Of a stretch of DNA of 54,277 nt, positions 27,899 to 38,716 are shown piece after piece. Below the pieces are notes generated by a model. The model ran no database searches, was not told the DNA's origin, and was given only the letters and a program-made list of their open reading frames with translations. Numbering within the stretch: position 1 is the first letter of the stretch; the number at the start of each line of letters is the position of its first letter. A program made the translations under genes and the position numbers. Origin of the DNA: a virus (lineage: Duplodnaviria > Caudoviricetes); the IMG/VR virus record IMGVR_UViG_3300010373_000058, positions 1 through 54,277 of that record; one strand, 5' to 3'.

Positions 27899-28802
27899 CG
27901 ATACCGAGGTGATGGACGAGAGACAAGGGATTCCAGCACGAACCCCTGACGAAAACTATTCCTCTTCTACGGTAATGTCTCCAGTGATTCCCCCTCAGTA
28001 TTCTGACCCATACCTTAACGACCCGTCTCTAAAACAGTTTGTTCCTCCGGGATTCACAGGGGACAGGTTCGACCTTGTTCAAAAGAACCCATTGTCGGCA
28101 TCGGCCATGCAGAGTTTCGTTCAGAGACAGTCCGAACAAAACGCCGTCGAGGAAAATAATTACCGGAAGATTATAGACCAGTCCAGGAGAACTGAAGATT
28201 CCCTGAAAGCCATAGCCGCCGCCCGAAAATTCATCGCCACCCGTAAACTGGGAAACGACCTTCAAGCCGCCATGAAATCAGGGCTTCCGGCTGAACAGGC
28301 TCTGGTCCACAGTTTGATGGCAAATCCCGAAGCGTGGTACGACCACCCGCAGGTGTTGACCTCGGCCATGAAAGCCGTGCGTCCGGTCACTCCACCGATG
28401 AGTCTTCCCAATGTTGCGGTTCCGATCACCGATGAATCAGGCCGGGTTCTGGGTCATGCGGTTCAGTCCTCTCCCAACGCCCGACATATCCAGTGGGAAC
28501 GACCTCCGGCACCGGAAGGGAGACTGACCGACATCGAGAAACAGACCTTGCTGGAACTCAACCGGCAGGAGACTCAAATCCGGAAGAACGATCCGCCAGT
28601 TGGTAAAAAGTTCCAGAAGGAACGCGACGAATACAATTCCAGACTGGCCGACATAGAGGCACAGAGACAGAGGATTCTTAAGAAGGACACTGCTACGGTA
28701 AAAACTCTGACAAGGGACATCGCGGCGGCATTGTTGAAGCAGGCAGGGGGAGACAAGGCAAAAGCCCGTCAACTGGCCAAGGACGCCGGATACCAGTTCT
28801 AA
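27882..28802 (+). CDS. Putative internal virion/ejection protein
   Basis: Helical; C-terminal L.QAGGD..KAR.LA...GY motif. Confidence 0.5.
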   Translation: MADTPDDTEVMDERQGIPARTPDENYSSSTVMSPVIPPQYSDPYLNDPSLKQFVPPGFTGDRFDLVQKNPLSASAMQSFVQRQSEQNAVEENNYRKIIDQSRRTEDSLKAIAAARKFIATRKLGNDLQAAMKSGLPAEQALVHSLMANPEAWYDHPQVLTSAMKAVRPVTPPMSLPNVAVPITDESGRVLGHAVQSSPNARHIQWERPPAPEGRLTDIEKQTLLELNRQETQIRKNDPPVGKKFQKERDEYNSRLADIEAQRQRILKKDTATVKTLTRDIAAALLKQAGGDKAKARQLAKDAGYQF

Positions 28803-28806
28803 AGGT

Positions 28807-31800
28807 ATGGCTGATATTTTTGACACGCTGGAAGAACCGGCAGCGTCAGGAGACATATTTGACGAGATAGTTCCCGATGAAAGGGAACAGAAGGGCAAGG
28901 AGCTTCGTGCTCAGATGGTCGGTGTTCGTGGCGAGGTGATTCCTAAACTGGCCCGTGGATTCAGCGCCACGGTTGAAGCTCCGGGGAAGTTACTCCGTTC
29001 GATGGATGAAGACTTCAATACCCCAGCCGAAAACGTAATCCCATACAGCCATCTTGCACAGGGCGCAGATCAATTCGGAACAGTTCCACAAATCATACCT
29101 CCGGGACACATGGAAACCCCGGAGGTGCCAATCAGTCCCAAGGCACAGGAAATGTCCGACATAAACGCGCTAAGACAGGACATACAGGAAAAGGAACACC
29201 CTGCCAGAACAGCAGCCATACGAACCGCAGAGGGTCTAAGGCAGGGTTTAATCAGGCCATCCGGAGCCATACCGTTACTGGCAACCGCCGTAGCTCCGGA
29301 GGTGTTGGCACCATTCTGGATGATTCAGGGGTCTCAGGGAGTCCATGATGCCGTGGAAAAAATAAGGGAATCAAGGAAGGAAGGGAACAGTGAGAAATAC
29401 TGGGAAGGAGTGTACGAACTGGGGGTAAACCTTCCCGTGGCAATGGGTGGAACAAAGGGAACTCTCAACACCATACCAGGACGAATTGCACTTCCACGAT
29501 CACTCGCCGCCGTAGCCGAAACCCAACCCGAAATCACAACCGCAAAGGAACCCAATGCCCTACAAAAGCAATCAACAGAGGAAGTTCTTCGAGATGTGCC
29601 GAAACAGCCCTCAGAAAGCGCACGGGAAGTGTCCGCCGAAAAAGGTACTCGAGGAGTTCCACAACGCGATGTATCACAAGAAACAACGGGGGGAACCGAA
29701 GTACCACTGAGCGAACCAACGCTTGAGTCGTCCACCAAGGAATTGAGAGCCGATCAGGAACTGTTCAACAGGTTGTCAACGGAAGGGAATAAAAAGTATA
29801 TCGAACACATGAAGGCGGGAGGAGAAGAACCCACTCCGGAAATAAGGGAGATGCTTGAATCCGCCGAAGACATAAAGAACAAGTACCAGGGAAAGCAGCC
29901 TTCTCAAATAACGCCAGAACAGGCACTCATCTATGCCCGTCATCGGGCTAAAACAGGATCACAATTCGTTCATGCCAATGAAAAGGTTCCGGGAATAAAT
30001 GCTCCAGAAGTTGAAACCGCCGAACCCGAAAAGGAGGTGACGGACAGTGAAAAAGAAACGCAAGGGAAAGAGGAAGGGGTACTGACCCCACCCACTGAAA
30101 AGCCCGCCGAGCCGGTAAAGCCGGAGGCGGCACATCTTCCTGTGCGAGATGTTCTATCCAAGACCCACAATGGAACTGGTGATTTAGCAATCGGAGGGGT
30201 TTATGAATGGACTCATCCCGATCCTAAGTTTCAAGAGTTCAATAGACGGGTTATTGTCGCTGGAAAACAAGTTGGAGATAAAGTTCCCACATACTCATTT
30301 ACAGGACCGGAAGGACTCATGGGGCTGCCCCCAAAATCGGCATTGCCAGAATTGACATCAATAAAAGAACTGTCGCTAGTAAAAGAGTCCACTCATAAAC
30401 CGGAGTCGGCACAACCCACCCCCGTCAAGCCGGAGACGAGTGGGAAGCAGCCGTGGGAGATGACGAAATCGGAGTTCGGAGATGATTCAACAATAAAACC
30501 GTCTGGTAAGGACGCATATCTAATCGATCCCAATGGTCAAAGGTGGCTATCTGCTGGCACAAGATCAAAGGCTAGGGCGGTCGAAGTTACACACAGGGCA
30601 ATCGTTCAACGCGCTATAAATGAAGGCAAACCAGTTCCACCCGAAGTGCTAGAGGATTATCCTGACCTGAAACCATCCCCCGAATCCGTTCCTCAATCAG
30701 TTGAACCTTCGATACCGGAAAAAATAGTCACCGCGATAGAGTCTGAGGCTCAGAAGGCACGTGAACGATTGTCTAAGCGTGGCACCATTTTCGGGTCCGG
30801 TCCTATGCATGAACTTCCCAACATCCGGGACCACGCCATTATTCTGGCCTCGAAGATTGCCAGAGGAACGTTCGAGGTGGGGAAATGGACGGCTGAGATG
30901 GTTGCCAAGTACGGTGAAGCAATCCGACCTCATTTACAGGCCATCATCACCGAGGCGCACAAGGTCATACGGGAATGGGCCAATCCCAAAGAGGCGGCCT
31001 TAACCGACCCCACGACACCGATTCAAAAAATCCAGTCCGTGTTCACCCCCGGACTTGAGGCCGGTCGTAACATCAAGGAAGGCATCCAATCGTTGTTGCT
31101 GCCTTCGGCCAAGGGACCGGCACAACTCGAAGCTGCTGAAATGCTAGGGGCAAGACTGGGCGAGATGCACCATTCACAGGAAGCGTCGGCGTCTGCACTT
31201 GTAAAACCTTCAAAGGAATTCGACAGGTTGGGAGTCCACAACCCAAACATTGAACTGACCGAAAATCCCGGCATTCGGTTCATGTCCGATGTGTCTCAGG
31301 GACGCGACCTTGGTAAATTCAAAAAGACCGGGGAACTTGTAAGGAAGGAATTCGACAAACGACTGGAGCAACTGGAAGAAGTCGGCGCCGAGGTTCAGAA
31401 TGTGCGCGAGAACTATTTCCCCGGCATGTGGACTCGGGATTCAAGGCTGGCGTTCAACGCCGCGATGGAATCGGCCATCAAAGAGGGAATCATCCCTGAG
31501 ACTTTCGACATCAATGACGCTACACCTGAACAAAAAAGCTGGATACGGGGCGCGTCGGAAAAGATGCAGGCGGAAGGAAAAGGTTCCGACCGTGACATGC
31601 TATCCTACTTCACCCGGAAACCCCTCAAGGGACGGGAAAGTTTCAGGAAACAGAAGGTGTTCGACGACATAATGACCGGGGTCGAGTTCGGACTGAAACC
31701 CATTTCCAACAACCCGATTGATCTGGTGATTGGAAAACTCGCTGAGATGGACAAATCGGTGATGGCCAACCGGTTTTTCCGTCAAGTGGACGACGCCGGT

Positions 31801-33456
31801 AAACTGAGGATCATACGTCCGGGTCAGGAGGTTCCAGAAGGATGGGTGAAACTCGACGACCGTTACGGAACGATTTACGGACCACGATCACCTTCCGGTG
31901 AATTCGGACATCGCATCATGGGTTACAGGATAGTTCCAGAACCCGTTGGAGAAGTGGTCAACAACTACCTGTCATCCAGCCTCTACAACAACCGGTATGT
32001 TGGCACACTGTACAAGGCATGGATGGCTTCTGCCAACGCTTTGAATCAATCCCAGTTGGGTGTGGGAAGCGCGTTTCACGCCGGGTTCACCACGGCGGAT
32101 GTTCAGGTTTCAGCCGGGGCAAGTTTACTAAAGGATATTTACGGACTCGTTCGAGGGAACCGGTATCTGTCGGACCTCGAATCCACTTTCGGTAAATGGA
32201 CAGTTTCATCGGTTAGAACCGCCATTACAGGGGACAAGGTGTTGAACGCATGGCGGAATCCCGATGGGGTTATTGACCCAAGGATAAGGGAAGTGGTACG
32301 AGCCACGGAACTGGCCGGGGGAGGGTACCGTCTGGAAAAGGGACTGGCCACGGAACAGACCGCACAACTCCGTCGGGACTGGTTTTCTGGAAAAAGGTTG
32401 AAGGCCGCCCTACGGTCTCCGGTGGCATTCACGGAACTGATGGCCAAACCCATCATGCAATTCCTCGTGCCACGCCAAAAGGCGGGCGTGTTCTCAGAAC
32501 TGGCGTGGCGCATCATAGACCAAAATCCCGGAAAATCATTGGAGGAACTCACCCCACAATTCCGCCAGGCATGGAACCGTGTTGATTCAAGATTGGGACA
32601 GGTGTTGTACGACCGTTTGTTCATCAACAACACGGCCAAGAACATTGTTCAAGGATTGGTTCGTGCTCCCGGTTGGACGGGGGGAACCATCGCTGAAATC
32701 GGCGGAGCCTTTCCCGACGCTTACAAGTTCCTCAAAGAATGGAAAGACACCGGAAAACCTCCGGAGAACATTCCCGACCGGGTGGCCTATACCGCCTCTC
32801 TGCTCCTCACCGTGGGTGCGTTGAACGCAATCCTTACCCGATTGTTCACAGGTTCAAATCCACAGGGACTGGATTACGTCGCGTTCCGAACCGGAAACAA
32901 GGACGAGCAGGGGAACGAAGAAAGGTTTCTGTTGCCGACCTACGTGAAGGATTTGCTGGCCTACTCACGGGATTTCAGAAGAACCGTCGAGCACAAGACA
33001 CACCCGTTGCTGGGAATGTTCGAGGAAATTTCCAATAACCGTGATTATTACGGGTACGAGATACGAAACCCGCACGCGGGACTACCTGAGCAGGGCAAGG
33101 AGATTGCCGAGTATGTCATCAAATCGTTCGAGCCGTTCTGGACCCGTGGGGCGCGCAAGGAGATTCAGAGGGATTCATCGCTTGGCAAGGTGGCGCTTCC
33201 CTACGTAGGCGTCATGCCCGCCCCGGCCAACATCAATCGAACCCGAATTCAGAACAAGATATCCGAACTGTATCACATTAGAACCGGAGACAGAACCAAA
33301 CCCTACGGTTCACAGGAACAGGACGCAGAAAAACGATCTGCAAGGAACCGTTCCAATCTGGATGTGTACATGTTCCAACGCCTTCCCCGAACCGATCAGT
33401 TGGAGCTTAGGAATTCAATGACACCGGAAGAACGCGCCCGTTACCTTCTGAGATGA
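28807..33456 (+). CDS. Large ejection/polyvalent-like protein
   Basis: 1549 aa; DIFD N-terminal repeats; KQPWEMT...GKPVP.EVL.DYPDL module; helical C-terminal half. Confidence 0.6.
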   Translation: MADIFDTLEEPAASGDIFDEIVPDEREQKGKELRAQMVGVRGEVIPKLARGFSATVEAPGKLLRSMDEDFNTPAENVIPYSHLAQGADQFGTVPQIIPPGHMETPEVPISPKAQEMSDINALRQDIQEKEHPARTAAIRTAEGLRQGLIRPSGAIPLLATAVAPEVLAPFWMIQGSQGVHDAVEKIRESRKEGNSEKYWEGVYELGVNLPVAMGGTKGTLNTIPGRIALPRSLAAVAETQPEITTAKEPNALQKQSTEEVLRDVPKQPSESAREVSAEKGTRGVPQRDVSQETTGGTEVPLSEPTLESSTKELRADQELFNRLSTEGNKKYIEHMKAGGEEPTPEIREMLESAEDIKNKYQGKQPSQITPEQALIYARHRAKTGSQFVHANEKVPGINAPEVETAEPEKEVTDSEKETQGKEEGVLTPPTEKPAEPVKPEAAHLPVRDVLSKTHNGTGDLAIGGVYEWTHPDPKFQEFNRRVIVAGKQVGDKVPTYSFTGPEGLMGLPPKSALPELTSIKELSLVKESTHKPESAQPTPVKPETSGKQPWEMTKSEFGDDSTIKPSGKDAYLIDPNGQRWLSAGTRSKARAVEVTHRAIVQRAINEGKPVPPEVLEDYPDLKPSPESVPQSVEPSIPEKIVTAIESEAQKARERLSKRGTIFGSGPMHELPNIRDHAIILASKIARGTFEVGKWTAEMVAKYGEAIRPHLQAIITEAHKVIREWANPKEAALTDPTTPIQKIQSVFTPGLEAGRNIKEGIQSLLLPSAKGPAQLEAAEMLGARLGEMHHSQEASASALVKPSKEFDRLGVHNPNIELTENPGIRFMSDVSQGRDLGKFKKTGELVRKEFDKRLEQLEEVGAEVQNVRENYFPGMWTRDSRLAFNAAMESAIKEGIIPETFDINDATPEQKSWIRGASEKMQAEGKGSDRDMLSYFTRKPLKGRESFRKQKVFDDIMTGVEFGLKPISNNPIDLVIGKLAEMDKSVMANRFFRQVDDAGKLRIIRPGQEVPEGWVKLDDRYGTIYGPRSPSGEFGHRIMGYRIVPEPVGEVVNNYLSSSLYNNRYVGTLYKAWMASANALNQSQLGVGSAFHAGFTTADVQVSAGASLLKDIYGLVRGNRYLSDLESTFGKWTVSSVRTAITGDKVLNAWRNPDGVIDPRIREVVRATELAGGGYRLEKGLATEQTAQLRRDWFSGKRLKAALRSPVAFTELMAKPIMQFLVPRQKAGVFSELAWRIIDQNPGKSLEELTPQFRQAWNRVDSRLGQVLYDRLFINNTAKNIVQGLVRAPGWTGGTIAEIGGAFPDAYKFLKEWKDTGKPPENIPDRVAYTASLLLTVGALNAILTRLFTGSNPQGLDYVAFRTGNKDEQGNEERFLLPTYVKDLLAYSRDFRRTVEHKTHPLLGMFEEISNNRDYYGYEIRNPHAGLPEQGKEIAEYVIKSFEPFWTRGARKEIQRDSSLGKVALPYVGVMPAPANINRTRIQNKISELYHIRTGDRTKPYGSQEQDAEKRSARNRSNLDVYMFQRLPRTDQLELRNSMTPEERARYLLR

Positions 33457-36233
33457 CGGTCAAACCAAAGTCGTTTTCCGCCTACGGACTGGAGTGGCCC
33501 AACGGCACCACGTCCATCGCCATTCACGTCTATTGCATCCGTAACGGGGGACTGTTCAAGGACGCCAACGGAAAGAATGTGGGCGCACCCCTGTTCAACC
33601 TGTACCGGGAGATGCAAACCTTGTTGTGGGGAGAAAGATGCGAGCACCATGACTGGAGCGATTTGATGTTGAAGACCATTTTGGAGAACAGAATCACTAC
33701 AGTTCAGGGGCCGCATGACAGTGGAAAAACGCATGTCATGGCCAGGTATGCGCTGGTGGATTATTTCTGTTTCCCAAAGGAAACACTGATTCTGATGTCT
33801 TCCACCGACCTGCGGGGATTGGAATTGAGGGTGTGGGGAGAAGTGAAGGAGCTTTTTAATCTCGCAAGGGAATCATGGCCGGAAGCTCCGGGAACCGCCG
33901 TGGATTCAATGCACGGGATATTCACGGACGAAATAGGAGACAACGGCGATGCAAGGGACATCCGACGCGGACTTATTTGCATTCCCGTACTCGACAGTGA
34001 CAATCAGTGGAAGGGAATCCAAAAATGGGTGGGAGTAAAACAAAAGAGAAGAAGAATGCTGGCCGACGAGACCCAATTTTATGCTTCTCCGTTCCTGGAC
34101 ACACTGGCAAACATCAACAAACAAAGGTCTGATTTCAAGGGGGTGTTCGTTGGTAATCCAATCGGAGACGGAGACCCTCTCGACAAACTGGCCGAGCCAA
34201 TGGACGGTTGGAGCAATCTTCCTGAAATAAATGCCACGACCACATGGAAAAACAGGATGGGTGGAATCACCATACAGTTGCTAGGTTCGGATTCTCCCGC
34301 CATACGGTTCCCCGGAAAGTACGGGTATCTGATAGACCAGTCGGACATTGATTATGTGGAGTCCTACTGGGGAAGGGAGAGTTCAAAGTGGTGGAATCAA
34401 GTGCTAGGAATGCGTCCCCCTTCGATAGATGCCAGAAGAGTGATAACTCGCGATCTGGTGGACAAATTCGGAGCACAAAAAGAAGTGATATGGGGTGTTG
34501 GAGAAATCATCACGGTGTACGCGGTGGATGCCGGTTATGGTGGAGACCGTTGTATCGGTGGAGAAGCAAGGTTCGGAAAGGACATCAACGGTAAGCTCGT
34601 CATATCCCTAGGAAAACCAAGGTCTATTCCTGTCAGAATGTATCCCAAGAGCACGCCTGCGGAAGACAGGATTCCTCCCGAAGACCAGATTGCGGAATAC
34701 GTGAAGGCAGATTGTGAACGTCTTGGAATCCCATCCGCCAATGTGTTCCATGATTCCACGGGCAGGGGTTCTCTGGGTTCGGCGTTCGCAAGACTTTGGA
34801 GGCATGACACAAACCCGGTGGAATTCGGAGGTTCTCCGACTCCCAGGCCGGTCTTGGCCGACCTGTTCATCTACGACGAAAAGTTGAAGAAAAAGAGGTT
34901 GCAACGGTGTGACGAGCACTACGTTAAAAGGGTCAGCGAACTTCATTACAGCGTCAGATACGTAATCGAAGGCAAGCAGATGCGAGACCTTCCCAATGAC
35001 GTAAGGGACGAACTCTGCATCCGTAACTGGGATCGAGTAAAAGGTGACAAAATAGAAGTCGAGGGAAAGGAGGAAACCAAGGACAGATTTGGAAGAAGCC
35101 CGGACCTCGCAGATTGGTGTTTTTCGGGAGACACAAAAATTTTAACTCCCTATGGAAATATATCAATACGCACTCTTTTGCCAGGAGACATTGTTGTAAC
35201 CCCGATGGGACACCGAAGGATAAACAAAGTGTCTGTAAACTTCGTTGAAACGATCACGGAAACGACATTCTCTAATGGCTCGATGCTCAGTGGACGCGGG
35301 GAGCATCCGGTGTACACCTGGGATTCCGGGTGGGTAAGACTGGCAGACTTGTCGTTGACAAATGAGGTCGAATCCGCCATACATCTTCCTCTATGGGAAA
35401 TGCAGAGAAGATTATCTACAAACGAAGAACCTACCGGATTCAGAGCAGCGGAAGATACTATCAGGACGACAACCGGTCGGGTGCGAAGGAGCGACTTCTT
35501 CACAGACGAATTTGGTCAGATAAACACGGACCCATTCCACCTGGTTTCTGCGTTCATCACCGAAATGGGAACTGGCGTGATAATCGCCTTGAGAACTTGG
35601 AACTCATGGGTCGGTCGGCTCACGCCTCAATGCACCTTCGTAAACGCTGGAAGAAGCCCAAAGAACGAAGGTTTCTCCTCCGGGAGCTGAAAAAAGCATC
35701 TTCCCTTGCCGCTGCATGGCATAGATCACCAGAGGGATTCAGGTGGCACAGTCAAAACACGCGGAATCAATGGTCAAACAAGAAACCGGTTGGATGCAGT
35801 TGCGTGGAGTGTGGCAGAGCGTTTACGTCGATTCACCCCAGGGTGGCTCTGGTCTGCTCTATTCGATGTGCCAACCTGCGAGCTATACGAAAGGCTGGAT
35901 TTGTTAAGCGCGTTTGCAAGGTGTGTAACAAGGAATTCAGTGCCAGAAAACACGCAAGGAGCTGCCACTGTTCCCGTCATTGTGCGGCAATTACAATTGC
36001 CAGAATCAAAGCCGGTTTACAATCTTTCGATTGAACGGGACCACGTTTATTATGCCAACGGAATTCTCGTTTCAAACTGCGCCATAGCTGTTGAAGGAGC
36101 CAGACAAAGAGGATTTCTAATTGCAAGGATGGAACCCGACCACAAGGTAAACCTTCCCGACGAACGTTGGAAGGAAGAACTCCGTGAACGCGCCCGTAAA
36201 GCGAAACAATCCTACGCCTTGACTTACAAGTAA
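33453..36233 (+). CDS. terL: Terminase large subunit with intein; one in-frame TGA at 35688-35690
   Basis: Walker A GPHDSGKT, Walker B MLADE, nuclease motifs AVD, HDSTG, SPDLADW|CAIAVEG; both ORF pieces are in the same frame. Confidence 0.85.
35118..36077 (+). mobile_element. Intein in TerL nuclease domain
   Basis: Block A CFSGDTKILTP.G, block B-like GRGEHPVY, block F/G VYNLSIERDHVYYANGILVSN|C. Confidence 0.9.
35393..36034 (+). CDS. HNH homing endonuclease nested out of frame within the intein
   Basis: LHRRIW...GPIP.G..VHHRNGN..DNRLENLEL; C-terminal CxxC zinc fingers. Confidence 0.85.
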   Translation: MGNAEKIIYKRRTYRIQSSGRYYQDDNRSGAKERLLHRRIWSDKHGPIPPGFCVHHRNGNWRDNRLENLELMGRSAHASMHLRKRWKKPKERRFLLRELKKASSLAAAWHRSPEGFRWHSQNTRNQWSNKKPVGCSCVECGRAFTSIHPRVALVCSIRCANLRAIRKAGFVKRVCKVCNKEFSARKHARSCHCSRHCAAITIARIKAGLQSFD

Positions 36234-36258
36234 GTGAACACTAACCTTACACACGACC

Positions 36259-36960
36259 ATGAGACTTAAATCAAGAAGCATGTTTCCACCGGGAGAATTT
36301 CAAGTGCTCCACGCGGAGGCGGGAATGAAGGAGCCGTTCAAGGGATCGTTCAACGAAGCTGTCATGTTTGAGAGGGCTTTCAGGCGAAAGAACCCGGCAC
36401 TCGCTCAAAAGCTGGGCCTTCCCGATGACCAGACCTCCGTGGAGAACTGGGTAGATGAATATAATTCGATCCGTTGTGTGGCCCACGGATGGACGCAGTT
36501 CGTCAATCTGGAAAGCTCGGTATCGGCATCCGAATTCACCATTCCTGACAGTGGCTCAAAAAAAAACTGGCCAAGGGCTGCTGTGGGCGGGGCTAAGGCG
36601 GCTGCTGATGCGTATGCGTCTCTGTTCAAGGATGGCCCGGTTGAACGTTCACTGGCCGAGGACCGAGCGGCGATTTGCAGTCAATGTCCGCAGAACAACA
36701 CCAATACCTCTCTTGCCTCCATCTTTACAACTGCTGCTGCGTCGGCTGTCACGTCGTTGATTGGCATGGTTCGGGACATGAGCCTGACCACCTCTCTGGA
36801 TAATCACCTTGGAATTTGTGACGCCTGCCTGTGCCCGATGAAGGCCAAGGTGCATGTGAAGATTGGAACCCTTACCGGATCGATTCCAAACGACGTGTGG
36901 CCAAAGCTGGAAAGAACCAAGGTGAAGTGCTGGATGTTATCAGAATCAGGGCGCAATTAA
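36259..36960 (+). CDS. CxxC-containing hypothetical protein
   Basis: RAAIC..CP.N; C.AC.CP.KAKVH; upstream TTGACT-17-TAACCT promoter. Confidence 0.65.
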   Translation: MRLKSRSMFPPGEFQVLHAEAGMKEPFKGSFNEAVMFERAFRRKNPALAQKLGLPDDQTSVENWVDEYNSIRCVAHGWTQFVNLESSVSASEFTIPDSGSKKNWPRAAVGGAKAAADAYASLFKDGPVERSLAEDRAAICSQCPQNNTNTSLASIFTTAAASAVTSLIGMVRDMSLTTSLDNHLGICDACLCPMKAKVHVKIGTLTGSIPNDVWPKLERTKVKCWMLSESGRN

Positions 36961-36961
36961 A

Positions 36962-37870
36962 ATGGCCTGCTGGATGATACCCACTGCTTCACCCTGCTTC
37001 ATAATACTGGGCCGGTTCGGGGATGTAATACAACTTTTGCCGTCTTTCATGGAGATTCACCGTCGAACCGGCCACAAACCAGTTGTCATCACCTCAACGG
37101 AATACGGCAGTGTTTACGATGGGGTAAGCTATGTTCAACCCTATCTGTTGAGGGAACACTGGTGGTCGGGTATCCCCAAGGCAAAGAGAATCGCTCAGGA
37201 ACTTTTCGGTCATGGAATTGTCTGCCAGTTCTGGCATGAACCACCGAAGCATGACGACACCATAGGACACGGGGGAAGGAACTGGACCACGCTGCAAAGC
37301 CACGGTCAGAGTCATGGGGTGAATCTCGACTACGACCCCGACTACGGAACTTCAATGGCCAGACGATGCGGTTTCTCAAGAGACGAATGGGTGAATCTTC
37401 CACTGATATTCGACCGAAGGAGTGCCGCACGGGAGGAAATGCTGTTGAGGAATGTTCGTGGAACGGACCCGAGGCCGATGTTGCTGTTCAACTTTCAGGG
37501 AATCAGTTCACCGTTCGCTTTTGCGCCGGAAATACTCAATCCACTGATGCAGAGGTATGGGAAACATTTCAAGCTGGTTGACCTTGGACAAATCAACGCG
37601 CACCGAATCTACGACATGCTGGTGCTGTACGATCACGCGGCGGGGTTGATAACCAGCGACACGGCCACGGCGCATCTGGCACCGGGTTCAAACATTCCCT
37701 GGGTCATGTGTCACGTTGACGGTTGGACTCAATCTGTGCCCAAGGGAAACTGTCAGTTGTCCATAGGTTACAACGAGACGCCACGCAGGATAAATGATGT
37801 GATGAACGTTGTAGAAGGCTGGAAGAAAAATGCCCATATTCCATCTGTACAGTCTCTACAACCCGCCTGA
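36962..37870 (+). CDS. Glycosyltransferase, GT9/heptosyltransferase-like (GT-B)
   Basis: LGRFGDVIQLLP and LITSDTATAHLA match the GD and DS/T..HLA motifs. Confidence 0.7.
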   Translation: MACWMIPTASPCFIILGRFGDVIQLLPSFMEIHRRTGHKPVVITSTEYGSVYDGVSYVQPYLLREHWWSGIPKAKRIAQELFGHGIVCQFWHEPPKHDDTIGHGGRNWTTLQSHGQSHGVNLDYDPDYGTSMARRCGFSRDEWVNLPLIFDRRSAAREEMLLRNVRGTDPRPMLLFNFQGISSPFAFAPEILNPLMQRYGKHFKLVDLGQINAHRIYDMLVLYDHAAGLITSDTATAHLAPGSNIPWVMCHVDGWTQSVPKGNCQLSIGYNETPRRINDVMNVVEGWKKNAHIPSVQSLQPA

Positions 37871-38507
37871 CCCGGAAACTCAAAGGCGGCATCGGGTGGC
37901 GCAGTTGACCTGGACCCGGCAACCGTGGGAACCTATGGGGGTTTCCAACGACCAGCTTCAACGACAGTGGCAGGAGGAAATGCGGTCCTTCCCTTACATC
38001 CGGGATTTGTTCGATTACTCAATCAGTGGTCAAGACCCGGAAACCATCATCTGTTACACCAACTCGGACATCATGGTTCGGGGGGATTGCTGCCTGTTGT
38101 TGAGCGCGGTGATGCAGGGCACGGACGCCTGTTACTCGTACCGTAGAGACTTTCAACATAGCATCGAAAAACCGATTGAAGACGGCGATTACGAGAAGGG
38201 ACTTCCCTACGCCGGAAGCGATTTGTTCGCGTTCAGGGTAATTTGGTGGAGGACTCATCGGGGACTCATGCCGGACATGATACTGGGATTCGAGGCATAC
38301 GACCCCGTGTTGAGATTACTGGCCGAACGCACCAATCCAAAAGCGCAGGTGCATCTTCCGGATGTCATCTGTCACGAACGGCACGGCACACTTTGGGAGA
38401 ATCACAGGAACAGATACCGTCTGAGGGCGCAACTGCACAATCTCGCTCTGGCAAAGACGTTCTTTCGTTCCAACGGAGTTGACCCGGCAGTACATGGTAT
38501 AAGATGA
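37830..38507 (+). CDS. Glycosyltransferase-like protein (GT-A type)
   Basis: ICYTNSDI (DxD-like), G.DLFAF, H..H near C-terminus. Confidence 0.5.
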   Translation: MPIFHLYSLYNPPDPETQRRHRVAQLTWTRQPWEPMGVSNDQLQRQWQEEMRSFPYIRDLFDYSISGQDPETIICYTNSDIMVRGDCCLLLSAVMQGTDACYSYRRDFQHSIEKPIEDGDYEKGLPYAGSDLFAFRVIWWRTHRGLMPDMILGFEAYDPVLRLLAERTNPKAQVHLPDVICHERHGTLWENHRNRYRLRAQLHNLALAKTFFRSNGVDPAVHGIR

Positions 38508-38716
38508 AGACGGACAAGGAACTTTGGGATGCCGGTTACGAGTACGCTCAAGGCCACATGACCATTGCACTGGGCGTCTGTGGGGATTGCGGAGGAACGG
38601 TAATGCGAGGAACTTCACAAAACAGCATGGCATGGCAGGAAGGAAGATGCGTTGAGTGCGGAAAACGTCCAGACCCGATTCTGCCTGTTTTGAAAATGAA
38701 CAAGGTGGACACCTGA

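Noticed and set aside
35688-35690. Genome-wide TGA reassignment as the explanation for the stop in terL
   Set aside because: TGA ends many genes in ATGA overlaps (292-295, 20817-20820, 33453-33456, 40121-40124), and other long genes are uninterrupted
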